A DNA stretch of 64,000 bases from Bacteroidota bacterium (GTDB lineage Bacteria; Bacteroidota; Bacteroidia; Chitinophagales; Chitinophagaceae), in the NCBI GenBank assembly GCA_013289015.1, contig JABDAV010000006.1:653-64652 (forward strand), given 5' to 3'. The notes beneath the pieces are model-generated. The model was not told the DNA's origin, ran no database searches, and saw only the letters and a program-made list of their open reading frames with translations. The position numbers and the translations under genes were made by a program. Shown in pieces: positions 1 through 9,835 of this stretch. Positions within the stretch are counted from its first letter, which is position 1, and every line of letters begins with the position of its first letter.

Positions 1-224
1 ACAGAATTCAATAATTCTTCATATAGGTTAAATGGTGTTGTGCGATAGATATGTGATAATTTGAAGAGGTTAATCAAATTCGGAATATTCGCGCCTTGTT
101 CCTAATGACAGAGTGCAACTTCATTGGTAAAGCCAAGTTTTTGGCAGACTTGTTTCTGCGTCAAACCCGCTTTCAATCGATATTCTTTTAAATTATTTGG
201 TACGATCTCTTTTCGTTTGTTCAT
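1..224 (-). pseudogene. XRE/Cro-C1 HTH regulator with internal stop (runs off window)
   Basis: Manual translation from ATG 224: MNKRKEIVPNNLKEYRLKAGLTQKQVCQKLGFTNEVALCH*EQGANIPNLINLFKLSHIY; TAG at 104-102 where W of the usual WExG motif is expected. Confidence 0.75.
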
Positions 225-451
225 AGGATAAGTCTAAATGTGTTTAAAAATGATAATAAGGGAGAGAAATTTGACTTACTCCTATGCTGCTCGTGCGTTA
301 TATTGAACAGTTGTGATAGGTATAATTGGATCTTTAGTTCGAACTTCATCAACTATGGCGCACATCTTGTTATTTCTAACAATTTTTCATTTGATCAAAT
401 TGAGCTTATAGAAAATGATATTGAATGGAGCAATGATAAAGGAAACAGACC

Positions 452-1327
452 TTACTCAACACTTAGCATAATTTGGTCAATGCCAGGCGCTACATTTATA
501 AGTTTAAGTTTAGATATGGATTCGTCAGTTTTAATTATACCTTTTTGTGCGATCTCTAACATTGAATAGTTATGTTTTTCGCCTTTATCAACAGAGGCTT
601 GAATATTGATTCCCATGGCTGGCCAAATAGTCGAAACAAAGGATATGTCATCTTCACCATCTTCACTCTGATATGCAGAACATACAACGCCACATACTTC
701 ACTGGTATCGGTTCTAAAAACAGGGCCGCCGCTCATACCGGGATTGAATTTGCAATCAGTCTGAAAACAAGGGAAATTTAAAAAACTACCATCTCGCCTT
801 TCTGGGAAAATTTCTACTACTTTACCGGTTGAAAAAGCAGTTTCTTGATGTATTTCCATCTCAATACTTTCATCAGTAGAACTCTCAATACTCGCCTTCA
901 TTTTATAATACCCAGCAGCTAGTATTATAGTTCCAACCGGCGGTGGTAATAAATTTAACTTAACAATTGGGTGCATAACTTGCTTATCGTTTTCAAACAT
1001 TGGTCGTAGTGCCATGAAAGCTATATCTAGACCTTGTTCTCTATACCAGACCTGATCTATCGGGATAAGACCACCTTCTGTTTCGCTTTTTATCCACGTT
1101 GCATAAAGTCCTCGGCTAGATTTATAGGAATCTGATCCTTCGTGATGAATTGGCGCTCCTGCGACAGCATAATCTATAACATGTTTTGCCGTTATCATTA
1201 ACCCATCTTTTGACACAATAAAACCCGTTCCAACTGGAATCAGTTTGTCTCCATCCATAGCTATTATATGTAAAACATTTTTCTGAATCGGATGGGCAAA
1301 ATGATCAAATGGTCTGAACGATTTCAT
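452..1327 (-). CDS. Trypsin-like serine protease
   Basis: GTGF, TAKH (His), DIA (Asp), PGMSGGPV (Ser) catalytic motifs. Confidence 0.85.
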   Translation of the reverse strand: MKSFRPFDHFAHPIQKNVLHIIAMDGDKLIPVGTGFIVSKDGLMITAKHVIDYAVAGAPIHHEGSDSYKSSRGLYATWIKSETEGGLIPIDQVWYREQGLDIAFMALRPMFENDKQVMHPIVKLNLLPPPVGTIILAAGYYKMKASIESSTDESIEMEIHQETAFSTGKVVEIFPERRDGSFLNFPCFQTDCKFNPGMSGGPVFRTDTSEVCGVVCSAYQSEDGEDDISFVSTIWPAMGINIQASVDKGEKHNYSMLEIAQKGIIKTDESISKLKLINVAPGIDQIMLSVE

Positions 1328-1454
1328 AATTTCTTATATAGATCTTGATTATAGAAATATGAAGATAAAATTCGCTCTTATTTATAAGCAATTATGTACA
1401 AAATTGAAATATATATAAGAAACTTGACTTTGTTATACGTAAAGCTACTTATTA

Positions 1455-1515
1455 ATGTAACAACATTGCATGTAGTGAAATCTATGTTACACTATCCATT
1501 ATGGATATGTTACAT
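1455..1515 (+). promoter_or_regulatory. Putative promoter and TGTTACA operator boxes of the HTH-Doc operon
   Basis: TTGCAT(1466)-N16-TACACT(1488) with extended TG; atgtaaca 1455-1462 is inverted relative to tgttacac 1485-1492 and tgttacat 1508-1515. Confidence 0.45.
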
Positions 1516-1770
1516 TCAACTAATTTCTTCACTACAACTCAAGCTGCTGAACTTCTTAGTGTTTCGCGCATTACAATATTCCGTTGGATTAAAAACGGCT
1601 CTTTAAAAGCTGCTAAGATTGGTCGCAACTATGTACTGCCGAAAGACGAAATATATAAGCGCTTATATAATCTTTCACTTAGTACAATACAAAAGAGTGA
1701 TATCAATACACTCATCAATAAAACGATTAAAGACTATGGAGAAACTATCCGCATGTTGGGTCGTGAATAA
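1501..1770 (+). CDS. Excisionase-like (HTH_17) DNA-binding protein, probable Doc antitoxin
   Basis: FTTTQAAELLSVSRITIFRWIKNGSLKAAKIG motif; C-terminal helix IKDYGETIRMLGRE resembles Doc antitoxin tails; 2 bp upstream of doc. Confidence 0.75.
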   Translation: MDMLHSTNFFTTTQAAELLSVSRITIFRWIKNGSLKAAKIGRNYVLPKDEIYKRLYNLSLSTIQKSDINTLINKTIKDYGETIRMLGRE

Positions 1771-1772
1771 TC

Positions 1773-2198
1773 ATGAAGATCAAACGACTCACAATCGAAG
1801 AGATCAAATATTCAGCACATCAACTTGCACAGAAATATTTAGAATGGAATGAACCAATACCTGAGTTTGAAACACGATACCCATATGCATTAGAACAATG
1901 TTTAGTTGCACCATTTCAAACATTTAGAGGGCAACTGTATAAAGGGTTGGTTCCGAAGACAGCAATTCTTTTTTATCTGATGATAAAGAATCATCCGTTT
2001 CAAAACGGGAACAAACGCATTGCAGTTATGTCACTGTTATTATTATTAGGAAAAAATGGGAAATGGCTATCTATTACACCACAAGAATTGTATAACTTGG
2101 CAAGGTGGGTTGCTGCCAGCCCTGCAGGTGTGAAAGAGGAAACGGTGAAGGCTATTGAGAAGGAATTGAAGAAAGCCTTAGTAGATTATCTCATTTAA
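1773..2198 (+). CDS. Fic/Doc family toxin
   Basis: HPFQNGNKR Doc-type Fic motif, 141 aa. Confidence 0.85.
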   Translation: MKIKRLTIEEIKYSAHQLAQKYLEWNEPIPEFETRYPYALEQCLVAPFQTFRGQLYKGLVPKTAILFYLMIKNHPFQNGNKRIAVMSLLLLLGKNGKWLSITPQELYNLARWVAASPAGVKEETVKAIEKELKKALVDYLI

Positions 2199-2201
2199 CT
2201 T

Positions 2202-2777
2202 GTGAAAATGGATACTAAAGAACTTGAAGAAAAAATTGAAGGTCAAATTGAAACACAAAATCTGGATTTTAAAGCAGATTGTCCTTGGGATGTTAAAAAT
2301 TTCGCTAAAGACATAATAGCGATGAGTAACATCAAAGATGGTGGCAATATAATTATTGGTGTTGAAGAAAAGACAAAGTTCGTACGACAAGGTGTCTCTC
2401 CAGCTAATAAATCAACCTATAAGATAGATGAGATGCGGGATCAAATGAGAAAATACGCTGATCCGAACGTAGATTTTTATTCATCAATTATTAGTGATAA
2501 AGAAGGAAAGCAATATGCCATAATTCACGTAACCGAATTTAGAGATACGCCTGTTATTTGTCGTATTGATGATCCCTCTGCTGGTGTAAAGGCTGCAACG
2601 ATATATTATAGGAATACAAATCGAAGAATAGAAAGCGCGCCTATATCCAACTCATATGATCTTAGAGACATAATTGAATTAGCGGCGGTGAAGCTAATGA
2701 GACGTCGTAAAGAGTTTGGTTTTAATATCACATCAACTATTCAAGATGATTTAAACAAGGAGCTTGGTGGACTATGA
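2202..2777 (+). CDS. Schlafen/AlbA_2 domain protein
   Basis: ETQNLDFK...[21 protein letters not shown]...YYR AlbA_2 signature. Confidence 0.8.
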   Translation: MKMDTKELEEKIEGQIETQNLDFKADCPWDVKNFAKDIIAMSNIKDGGNIIIGVEEKTKFVRQGVSPANKSTYKIDEMRDQMRKYADPNVDFYSSIISDKEGKQYAIIHVTEFRDTPVICRIDDPSAGVKAATIYYRNTNRRIESAPISNSYDLRDIIELAAVKLMRRRKEFGFNITSTIQDDLNKELGGL

Positions 2778-3484
2778 AAGACGATTTAATTAAAACAATT
2801 AAGAGCGGAGGATATTGGAGAGTGAACTTTCAGCCTATTGTACTTCAAAATATACCATCACTACAAAAATGTAGTGAAATAATTGAGAAAAACAAGGTTC
2901 GCTTAAGGGGCTGGGATTACCCACACGTTCAAATAATGCAAAACGAGAATGGAGGAATGCAACCATGTGGAAATTATTGGGAAAGTTGGACAGACTGGGG
3001 TGCTTCAAAGGAATTTTGGAGAATGTATAAAAGTGGACAATTTCTTTACTATAAAGCACTTCGAGAAGACTGGTATGAGGGGGATTTTTTTTACAACGAT
3101 TTAGGTCCTTTAATAAAACCCTTAACATCTCTATCGGTTATTGGGTCAGTTATTTTTGAAGTTACCGAAATGTTTGAATTTTTATCACGCTTATTGCAAG
3201 AAGGATTATATAAAGAAGGAGTTCTCGTAAGTATTTCATTAGAGAACATTAAAAATCGTATTTTGAGAGTAGACGATTCTCGTAGACTTCCATTTTCTTA
3301 CGAAAGAAAAACTGGTGCTTCTAAGGTTGAGTATGGTAAAGTATTGTCAGCAGATGAGGTTATAAACAATTCCAAACTGTTAGCTAACAGCTTTATCCGT
3401 GAAGTGTTTGATCTATTTGGCTGGAATCCTTCTGAAGAGCAGATTTTAGCTGATCAAGAAAAACTTTTAAAAGGCCTCATATAA
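2774..3484 (+). CDS. Hypothetical protein translationally coupled to AlbA_2 gene
   Basis: ATGA overlap with upstream gene; 236 aa, GYWRV...LRGWDYPH motif. Confidence 0.7.
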   Translation: MKDDLIKTIKSGGYWRVNFQPIVLQNIPSLQKCSEIIEKNKVRLRGWDYPHVQIMQNENGGMQPCGNYWESWTDWGASKEFWRMYKSGQFLYYKALREDWYEGDFFYNDLGPLIKPLTSLSVIGSVIFEVTEMFEFLSRLLQEGLYKEGVLVSISLENIKNRILRVDDSRRLPFSYERKTGASKVEYGKVLSADEVINNSKLLANSFIREVFDLFGWNPSEEQILADQEKLLKGLI

Positions 3485-3728
3485 GTTATGAATGCTAACT
3501 TGATATACTCTTGGAGGCATAAAGACGTGACGGATTATCAGAGGCAGTCATCATTATTTTATAGGTCATAAGAGTAGTACATTGCGCAATGTCTGTGATC
3601 CATATCATGGTAGTGTTGCCATAAAACCAAGAACCATGAAGGACATTATCCTGCAATCAGGAATAGATCAAAAAGAATGGTTTAATAACGGCGTATGATT
3701 AAAAAGAATAAAGCTCCTGATGGAGCTT

Positions 3729-4601
3729 TTAAAAATCAATTTTCCTGCCATATAATTTGTAATAATCGCTATCAAATTTTTGAAACATTTTAGGGTTGTC
3801 CATCCAAAAATTATAATGTATTGAATCTTTAAGCGGAGGCAAATCAGGTGTCCAAATAACAGTTTTATAAACGCCTGCCTGATTTAGAATAACATCTCGA
3901 TACACAACTTTTATCCAAAAAAAATAGCCTGGATCATCGGGCCATATCATCCAACCATTACCCAAATAATATATCAATTCTGAAGCGAAGCTTTGATTAT
4001 AACCTACTAAGGTTATTGCTGTATTAGCAGTATCAAAGTAAATTTTTTTTGGCATAGTATAAACTGGGTAATTTGTCACTTCAATTGCCGTAATTATTTT
4101 TTCTATTTTGATAGGTCGATGCCCGGAATTTGTGAATGTTGCAATCAAAGCAGTTCGTGCTGATTTCAGGGAGTCAAATATTAAAAATGGTTCGTCTGTT
4201 GATAGTTGAACTTGTTGATTATATTTCTGCAGAAAGTTTGTGGTTTTTAAAGATGCTGTTTGTATATTATAAAAATCTGTGTCTTTAGAAAATTTAAGTA
4301 AATCACGATTAAATTGCTCTTTATAACGAATTGCTGCAATACTGTCTGTTTTTTTTATTTCTCTTTGTGATAAATCAAATTGCCTTTGTGCAAATTGAAA
4401 TTGAGTTTTCTGAATTTCAATATTATCTGATGCCTGTTTATCCTGCTTAATCATTACCACGATACTGACGATTAAGGCAGCTGCTGCTATAATTGTTGAA
4501 ATCAGTTGTACTATTTTATCAACCTTTTCTTTAGTTGTTACAGAACTGCCTGTTTTTTTATCTTTACCTTTTTTCCTTATCAAGGAAGATCTCATAAGCA
4601 A
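3729..4601 (-). CDS. Hypothetical protein with N-terminal TM helix and coiled coil
   Basis: 290-aa ORF, hydrophobic IVQLISTIIAAAALIVSIVVMI. Confidence 0.6.
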   Translation of the reverse strand: MLMRSSLIRKKGKDKKTGSSVTTKEKVDKIVQLISTIIAAAALIVSIVVMIKQDKQASDNIEIQKTQFQFAQRQFDLSQREIKKTDSIAAIRYKEQFNRDLLKFSKDTDFYNIQTASLKTTNFLQKYNQQVQLSTDEPFLIFDSLKSARTALIATFTNSGHRPIKIEKIITAIEVTNYPVYTMPKKIYFDTANTAITLVGYNQSFASELIYYLGNGWMIWPDDPGYFFWIKVVYRDVILNQAGVYKTVIWTPDLPPLKDSIHYNFWMDNPKMFQKFDSDYYKLYGRKIDF

Positions 4602-4710
4602 GTTTTATAGCAATATAAAAAAATATTTCAGTGTTGGAAACAGATACCGAAAGGATTTAATTCTTTTAATAATAGCGACAAACCTTTTACAGATTAATAA
4701 AGGATTCAAT

Positions 4711-4744
4711 AATACAAAAGCCGCATTTCTGCGGCTTTTGTATT
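4711..4744. terminator. Perfect 15-bp inverted repeat (terminator-like)
   Basis: aatacaaaagccgca-tttc-tgcggcttttgtatt. Confidence 0.55.
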
Positions 4745-4871
4745 TACGTTACTCGAAACCCGTCAAAATAATACCGATTGAACAATTTTTAGTACCGATT
4801 GCGATATTTCTGTTTTGGTTAAATAGTAAACTTACACATTCATAAGAACCAAAAACTTTTGATGATAGTTT

Positions 4872-5459
4872 ATGCAGGATACTAAAAATAAATTGACCAA
4901 AGTTATCTCGTCATTGAATGACAAAGTGCCTGTAATAGGCATAACCAAAGAACAAACGTTTGAATATTTTTTTCGGAAGTATTATGCGGGACTATGCTTT
5001 TTTGCGCAATCTATTATTCACAATGAGGAAGAAGCAAAGGACATTGTTCAGGATTGCTTTATAAAACTATGGGATGATGCAGCGATAACAGAAAACGCAA
5101 ACAGTGTAAAATCATATTTATATACCATGGTGCGCAACCGCTGCATAGATTATGTACGAAAGCAGAGGGTGATAAGAAAGACAAAAACATACCAGCAGGA
5201 AAATGAAGAAAAAGAGAGGTATTTTGATGAAATAGCTTTTGCGGAAATAGTACGACTAGTGCTGGAGTATATGGAAGAACTGCCACCCAGGATGAACATC
5301 ATTTTAAAAAAATATTATTTGCAGGGTAAGCGGCATAAGAAGATTGCCGCCGAATTATCGAGCAGTGAAAACGCCATACAGATGCACAAAAAAAGAGCGA
5401 TGAAACTATTAAGGCACAAGTTGGTGTTTTTAAAGCAAAGTTTATTACACACCCTATAA
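4872..5459 (+). CDS. ECF sigma-70 factor (Bacteroidota type)
   Basis: FEYFFRKYYAGLCFFA, EAKDIVQDCFIKLW, YLYTMVRNRCID, region-4 HTH. Confidence 0.85.
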   Translation: MQDTKNKLTKVISSLNDKVPVIGITKEQTFEYFFRKYYAGLCFFAQSIIHNEEEAKDIVQDCFIKLWDDAAITENANSVKSYLYTMVRNRCIDYVRKQRVIRKTKTYQQENEEKERYFDEIAFAEIVRLVLEYMEELPPRMNIILKKYYLQGKRHKKIAAELSSSENAIQMHKKRAMKLLRHKLVFLKQSLLHTL

Positions 5460-5628
5460 CGGAAGTAATGTAAGTTCCCGAAATTCGGCCAGGTTTAATT
5501 GGACTTAAAAAAGACAAAAAACTTTTTTTACGAAATATCACAGCTAACATTAGTATTCCTTACATAAATACAATTATAGTAGATATAGCGGATTACGGTG
5601 GAAAGATGACAAGGCAAAAGGGTTAGCA

Positions 5629-6522
5629 CTATACAGTATTTAGCGGATGCTTCATGATCTGTCCCTGCAAGTGTTCAATACTTGCCGACAAATAGATTGT
5701 AGTAGTCTTGATATCACCATGGCCCATCATCTTTGAAAGGCTATAAATATCACAGCCGCCTTCAATCATGAGTGTTGCAAATGTGTGTCGCAATCTATGA
5801 ACACTAAACTTTAGTTTTGATGCGGCTCTAATTTTTTCCACCAGGTGTTTTAATCCGTCTTGGGTAAATCCTTGATTTAAGCGATATGATGCAAAGAATT
5901 CAGGGCACGTTTTGTTGAGCTTTTTTCTCTCTATTAAATATTTCTGCAGAATGACACTTAGGGTTGATGATATTGGAACCATGCGATCTTTTGAGCCTTT
6001 GCCCAAGTGAATAAATATGGTCTTGTTTTCAAGGTCAACATCGGAATATTTCAATTGCATACATTCGTTAAGTCGCAGACCTGCATAGATGAACATGGCA
6101 AAGAGTGCATGGTTTCTGTATCGAAGAAATGTTGAACTGTATGGATAGTTATAGACTATTTCCAATAACCGAAGCGCATCTTGTTTGGCAAGTCTCTTTG
6201 GAAGTTTTTGTTCAAGTTTTGGTTTGGCCAAATCAGCAATTGGATTTTCTTGTAAATATCCTTGACTAATACACCACTTAAAAAATACCGAGAGTGATTT
6301 ATAAAAAACAAGGAAGGTATTTGGTGACCAATGACGTTCTGTTCTACCGTAAAAAAACAAGTTGCGTACATTATCTACAGTAACCTCATTTACTTTACTA
6401 ACGCCTGCAAATTTTCGATATGAGTTAATGACATATTTATATCGTTTAATTGTTTGCTTTGAGAACCCTTTAATTGATACTGAATATTGATAAAATTTGG
6501 TCGCTATTATTTCTATTTCCAT
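5629..6522 (-). CDS. Tyrosine recombinase (Int1)
   Basis: AGLR, GKGSKDR, HRLRHTFAT, MGHGDIKTTTIY; likely start ATG 6522 (MEIEII). Confidence 0.92.
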   Translation of the reverse strand: MEIEIIATKFYQYSVSIKGFSKQTIKRYKYVINSYRKFAGVSKVNEVTVDNVRNLFFYGRTERHWSPNTFLVFYKSLSVFFKWCISQGYLQENPIADLAKPKLEQKLPKRLAKQDALRLLEIVYNYPYSSTFLRYRNHALFAMFIYAGLRLNECMQLKYSDVDLENKTIFIHLGKGSKDRMVPISSTLSVILQKYLIERKKLNKTCPEFFASYRLNQGFTQDGLKHLVEKIRAASKLKFSVHRLRHTFATLMIEGGCDIYSLSKMMGHGDIKTTTIYLSASIEHLQGQIMKHPLNTV

Positions 6523-6577
6523 AGAAAATACTCCACTCTTCAATATCACAAATACAATACTTCAAACCCTCTGTCTA

Positions 6578-6593
6578 GGACCTGTTCCTTTAC
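6578..6593. repeat. GACCTGTTCCT(TTAC) motif copy 1 (putative integrase arm site)
   Basis: Same motif at 9752-9766 and 9975-9986. Confidence 0.6.
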
Positions 6594-6639
6594 CGGTGTA
6601 GGGTCCTAAAACACTATTTTCCCAAAAAACCCTTATGTG

Positions 6640-6684
6640 TGCCCCCAGCAGGATTCGAACCTGCGACCGTCTCCTTAAGAGGGA
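6640..6684 (-). tRNA. 3' half of tRNA-Lys(CTT), att-like fragment (not a complete gene)
   Basis: Minus strand TCC-CTCTTAA-GGAGA-CGGTC-GCAGG-TTCGAAT-CCTGC-TGGGGGC-A: anticodon loop, T-arm, acceptor 3' strand; no D-arm or 5' half. Confidence 0.8.
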
Positions 6685-6776
6685 CCACGACCATCTCCGT
6701 TTACAGATGTGGTCCCGAGAAGTAAAAAAGATATATTCTATAAGGTTGAATTAGACATCGATGATATACTGGCTTT

Positions 6777-7271
6777 GTGAACAACTATGCTTTTATAGAT
6801 AGTCAAAACGTATATCTCTCGATTAAATCTTTGGGTTGGCAGATCAACTGGAAACGATTTCGGATATATCTTAAAGAACATTATGATGTGGAAAAGGCTT
6901 TCATATTTATCGGATATATCGAAGGAAATAATCAACTGTATAGTGAACTCCAAGAAGCCGGTTTCATTTGTATTTTTAAACCAGTTCTTACATACAAAGA
7001 TGGTACGGTAAAAGGGAATGTGGATGCAGAATTAGTGCTCCATACCATGATCCAATTTACCTCATTTGATAAAGCAATCATTATTACAGGTGATGGAGAT
7101 TTTTATTGCTTAGTTCAATATTTATTAGAGAAGAATAAATTACAAGTTGTACTTGTCCCAAACCAACTTAAATATTCAGCACTTATCAAACGTTTTGCTA
7201 AGAAACACATTGCTTTTATGAATGACCTCCAACAAAAGATAGGAAAGCGAGACAATAGAATTGCTGCTTAA
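6777..7271 (+). CDS. NYN (LabA/DUF88, PIN-like) domain protein
   Basis: AFIDSQN, KGNVDAELV, ITGDGDF acidic motifs. Confidence 0.88.
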   Translation: MNNYAFIDSQNVYLSIKSLGWQINWKRFRIYLKEHYDVEKAFIFIGYIEGNNQLYSELQEAGFICIFKPVLTYKDGTVKGNVDAELVLHTMIQFTSFDKAIIITGDGDFYCLVQYLLEKNKLQVVLVPNQLKYSALIKRFAKKHIAFMNDLQQKIGKRDNRIAA

Positions 7272-7275
7272 AATA

Positions 7276-7357
7276 AAAAGGACCCCTGCAGGACAAACCT
7301 GCAAGGGGACTTTTCGTGGTGATGAGACAAGTATAATCTTTTGATGAAAATTGTCAA
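7276..7357 (-). ncRNA. Candidate small structured RNA convergent with the NYN gene, with its own promoter
   Basis: Minus-strand TTGACA(7357-7352)-N16-TATACT(7335-7330) upstream of hairpin cccct-gcagg-acaaa-cctgc-aagggg. Confidence 0.4.
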
Positions 7358-7364
7358 GGAAATA

Positions 7365-7388
7365 AAAAAGTCCCTTTTTACAGGGACC
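7365..7388 (-). terminator. Intrinsic terminator of 7396..8004 gene
   Basis: Minus strand gtccct-gtaaaa-agggac followed by T run. Confidence 0.6.
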
Positions 7389-7395
7389 TTAAATT

Positions 7396-8004
7396 TTAGA
7401 ACTTTGCTTTTGGTTTTCTATGCGTCAAGACAAACATACTTGTATTGAACAGAAATAAATAGATTGCAAACAATCCATAGACGATTGGGTGGCCAATACA
7501 TATTATCAAGGTGCAAGACCAAGAAATTATCCCATACATCCATGCTGAAGTTTTTTCAGAAAGAGGCTTTACATAGGCATTATGTACAGTAGGAATAGCA
7601 ATTAGAAAATCAGCAAGAATAGCGATACTTGTTGTAAGTAATGCGTCTTTTGTTGATAGATAAATTGCGACACAAATTGCTCCTAAGATCAGGCATAACC
7701 AGTCCCAGGGCTTAATCGTATAATTTTTCGACAGTATGGTTAGTATCCCGATAAGAACACAACATATTGTTGAAACAAGTAATCCCATCTGACTTAATTC
7801 AAACCCCTTGTTAATAACTTGTGATAGTAAGCTAATACCCATCATTATTGACCATCCAAACCAAGAAATCGGTCGTGGTTTTATCGGGTTACTCTTTTTA
7901 AGAGCAGAGACGAGATATGTTGTGCCTGCAATGATTAGTACTATACCTGCAATAACGCCAAAAACTTGTTCTATTGTTTTTGTAAATAATGGTGCCATAT
8001 TCAA
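7396..8004 (-). CDS. Polytopic membrane protein (PQ-loop-like)
   Basis: About 6-7 hydrophobic segments, KPRPISWFGW, AIPTVHNAY. Confidence 0.7.
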   Translation of the reverse strand: MNMAPLFTKTIEQVFGVIAGIVLIIAGTTYLVSALKKSNPIKPRPISWFGWSIMMGISLLSQVINKGFELSQMGLLVSTICCVLIGILTILSKNYTIKPWDWLCLILGAICVAIYLSTKDALLTTSIAILADFLIAIPTVHNAYVKPLSEKTSAWMYGIISWSCTLIICIGHPIVYGLFAIYLFLFNTSMFVLTHRKPKAKF

Positions 8005-8055
8005 TTGTTTTAAAGGAGCAGTCTATAGCTCTAGAGAGAATATAACATATATCTG

Positions 8056-8084
8056 TTGACAAGTCAAATAATATATGCTATACT
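8056..8084 (+). promoter_or_regulatory. Canonical sigma70 promoter
   Basis: TTGACA(8056-8061)-N17-TATACT(8079-8084) with extended -10 TG. Confidence 0.7.
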
Positions 8085-8171
8085 AACCGCATAAGTTCTT
8101 TAAGCAAATTTTAGATTGTTTTCCAGGGCTCCTCTTTAGGGGATTTGTGGTAAACAATCTAAAACAACTAT

Positions 8172-8723
8172 ATGAAAAAGTTATTTGTTCTCATCATACT
8201 CTCAATTTTCGGACATTCAGCCTTCTCTCAAATAGAAATCTATGGCCGGTATACCGCTGGAGGAAAAGTAGAACCAGATATTAACTTATACGGTGAAAGG
8301 AAACTTTCTAAGAAAGTTAATCTGACTTATTTTGCTTTAGTAGAGTCAAAATGGTCGGAAGCTTTAGTTGGTTTCTCTTATGCTCCAAAGGATTGGTTCA
8401 GTGTTGGTCTTAGTGCCGGCGTTGAACATAATCCTGCAGTGTATCGCACCGCTGGAAGTATTTGGATGGGCAAAAAGAAAACATCATTGTTAGTTTTATG
8501 GGAAAAAGGTGACGGTAGAGATAACTACTGGTACAAAACTACCTTATCACAAAAACTTTCAGATGAAGTTTCTCTTGGCGCAAGAGCATGGAGGTATCAT
8601 GGTGTTGGTCCAGTGTTCAGCTACGCAATTAAAAAAGTAGGTGTGACACCCTGGATTATGCCAGCATACGATTTTGAGTATGACCAAAAGAGATTGATTT
8701 TTGGTGTTGATATAAAAATGTAG
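8172..8723 (+). CDS. Secreted beta-strand-rich hypothetical protein
   Basis: Signal peptide MKKLFVLIILSIFGHSAFS, alternating beta-strand pattern. Confidence 0.7.
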   Translation: MKKLFVLIILSIFGHSAFSQIEIYGRYTAGGKVEPDINLYGERKLSKKVNLTYFALVESKWSEALVGFSYAPKDWFSVGLSAGVEHNPAVYRTAGSIWMGKKKTSLLVLWEKGDGRDNYWYKTTLSQKLSDEVSLGARAWRYHGVGPVFSYAIKKVGVTPWIMPAYDFEYDQKRLIFGVDIKM

Positions 8724-8739
8724 CACCATCAAATCATTG

Positions 8740-8768
8740 AGATCCTGGATTTATTCGGGATCTTTTTT
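8740..8768 (+). terminator. Intrinsic terminator
   Basis: agatcctgga-tttat-tcgggatct then T run, just after the 8723 stop. Confidence 0.6.
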
Positions 8769-8806
8769 ATTTTCATCATCAGTATTGAATTAATCGAACT
8801 AGCGAG

Positions 8807-9697
8807 TTAGTTATTCAGTGGATGTTTCATTATTTGAGATCGTAGGTGCTCAATGCTTGCAGAAAGATAAATGGTAGTTGTTTTAATATCGCTGTGTCCC
8901 ATCATTTTTGAAAGACTGTAAATATCACAACCACCTTCAATCATCAGCGTAGCAAACGTGTGTCTCAATTTATGTACAGAGAATTTTAGGTTACCTACCT
9001 TGCAAACCTCCTCTACCAAATGCTTAAGACCCTCTAATGTAAACCCTGCATTTTGTCTTGCTGAGGCAAAAAACTCAGGACAAGTTTTATTCTTTTTTCT
9101 TCGCTCAGCTATATATCGCTCAAGACTCTCAGCTAATACCAGTGAAATAGGTATTAATCGGTCTTTTCCTCCCTTGCCTTGTTTTACGAAAATGCTCATG
9201 TTTTCCAAATCAACATCTGAATAGTTTAAATGTACTAATTCACTTCTTCGCAACCCTGCATGAATAAATGTTGCAAAAATTGCATGGTTTCGTGCACGTA
9301 TAAACCTACTATGATATGGATGATTGTATACAATTTCAAGTAGTCGTAATGCGTCTTGTTTGGTAAGTCGTATTGGAAGTTTCTGCTCAATTTTTGGCTT
9401 TTCAATATCATCAAGGGGATTAGAAGGGAGGTAATGTTGTTCAACACACCATCGAAAGAAGACACGCAAGGATTTATGAAAAACAACAAATGTATTCGTT
9501 GACCATTTTCGTTCAGCTCTTCCATGGTAGAACAGGGCACGAACATTATCATGAGTTACGTCATGCATTGTGATGACATTAAAAAGTTTGCAGTATAAAT
9601 TGATTACATATTTATAGCGTCGTAGAGTTTCTTTTGAATATCCTTTGATTTGTATTAGATATTCGTAAAACTGTCTTGAAACTGTTTGTATCGGCAT
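8807..9697 (-). CDS. Tyrosine recombinase (Int2), paralogue of Int1
   Basis: AGLR, HKLRHTFAT, MGHSDIKTTTIY; colinear with Int1; likely start ATG 9697 (MPIQTV). Confidence 0.92.
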   Translation of the reverse strand: MPIQTVSRQFYEYLIQIKGYSKETLRRYKYVINLYCKLFNVITMHDVTHDNVRALFYHGRAERKWSTNTFVVFHKSLRVFFRWCVEQHYLPSNPLDDIEKPKIEQKLPIRLTKQDALRLLEIVYNHPYHSRFIRARNHAIFATFIHAGLRRSELVHLNYSDVDLENMSIFVKQGKGGKDRLIPISLVLAESLERYIAERRKKNKTCPEFFASARQNAGFTLEGLKHLVEEVCKVGNLKFSVHKLRHTFATLMIEGGCDIYSLSKMMGHSDIKTTTIYLSASIEHLRSQIMKHPLNN

Positions 9698-9751
9698 GAA
9701 AAAACTCACACTTCTCTGCAGCAATACAACATACATTCACATCTTCGTCAC

Positions 9752-9766
9752 GACCTGTTCCTTTAC
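9752..9766. repeat. GACCTGTTCCTTTAC motif copy 2
   Basis: Identical 15-mer to 6579-6593. Confidence 0.6.
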
Positions 9767-9835
9767 GGGGAGTGGTTCCAAAGACAATTTTTGAGATTTT
9801 CGTTTTCAGAAAACCCTTATTTCATAAACCTTTTG

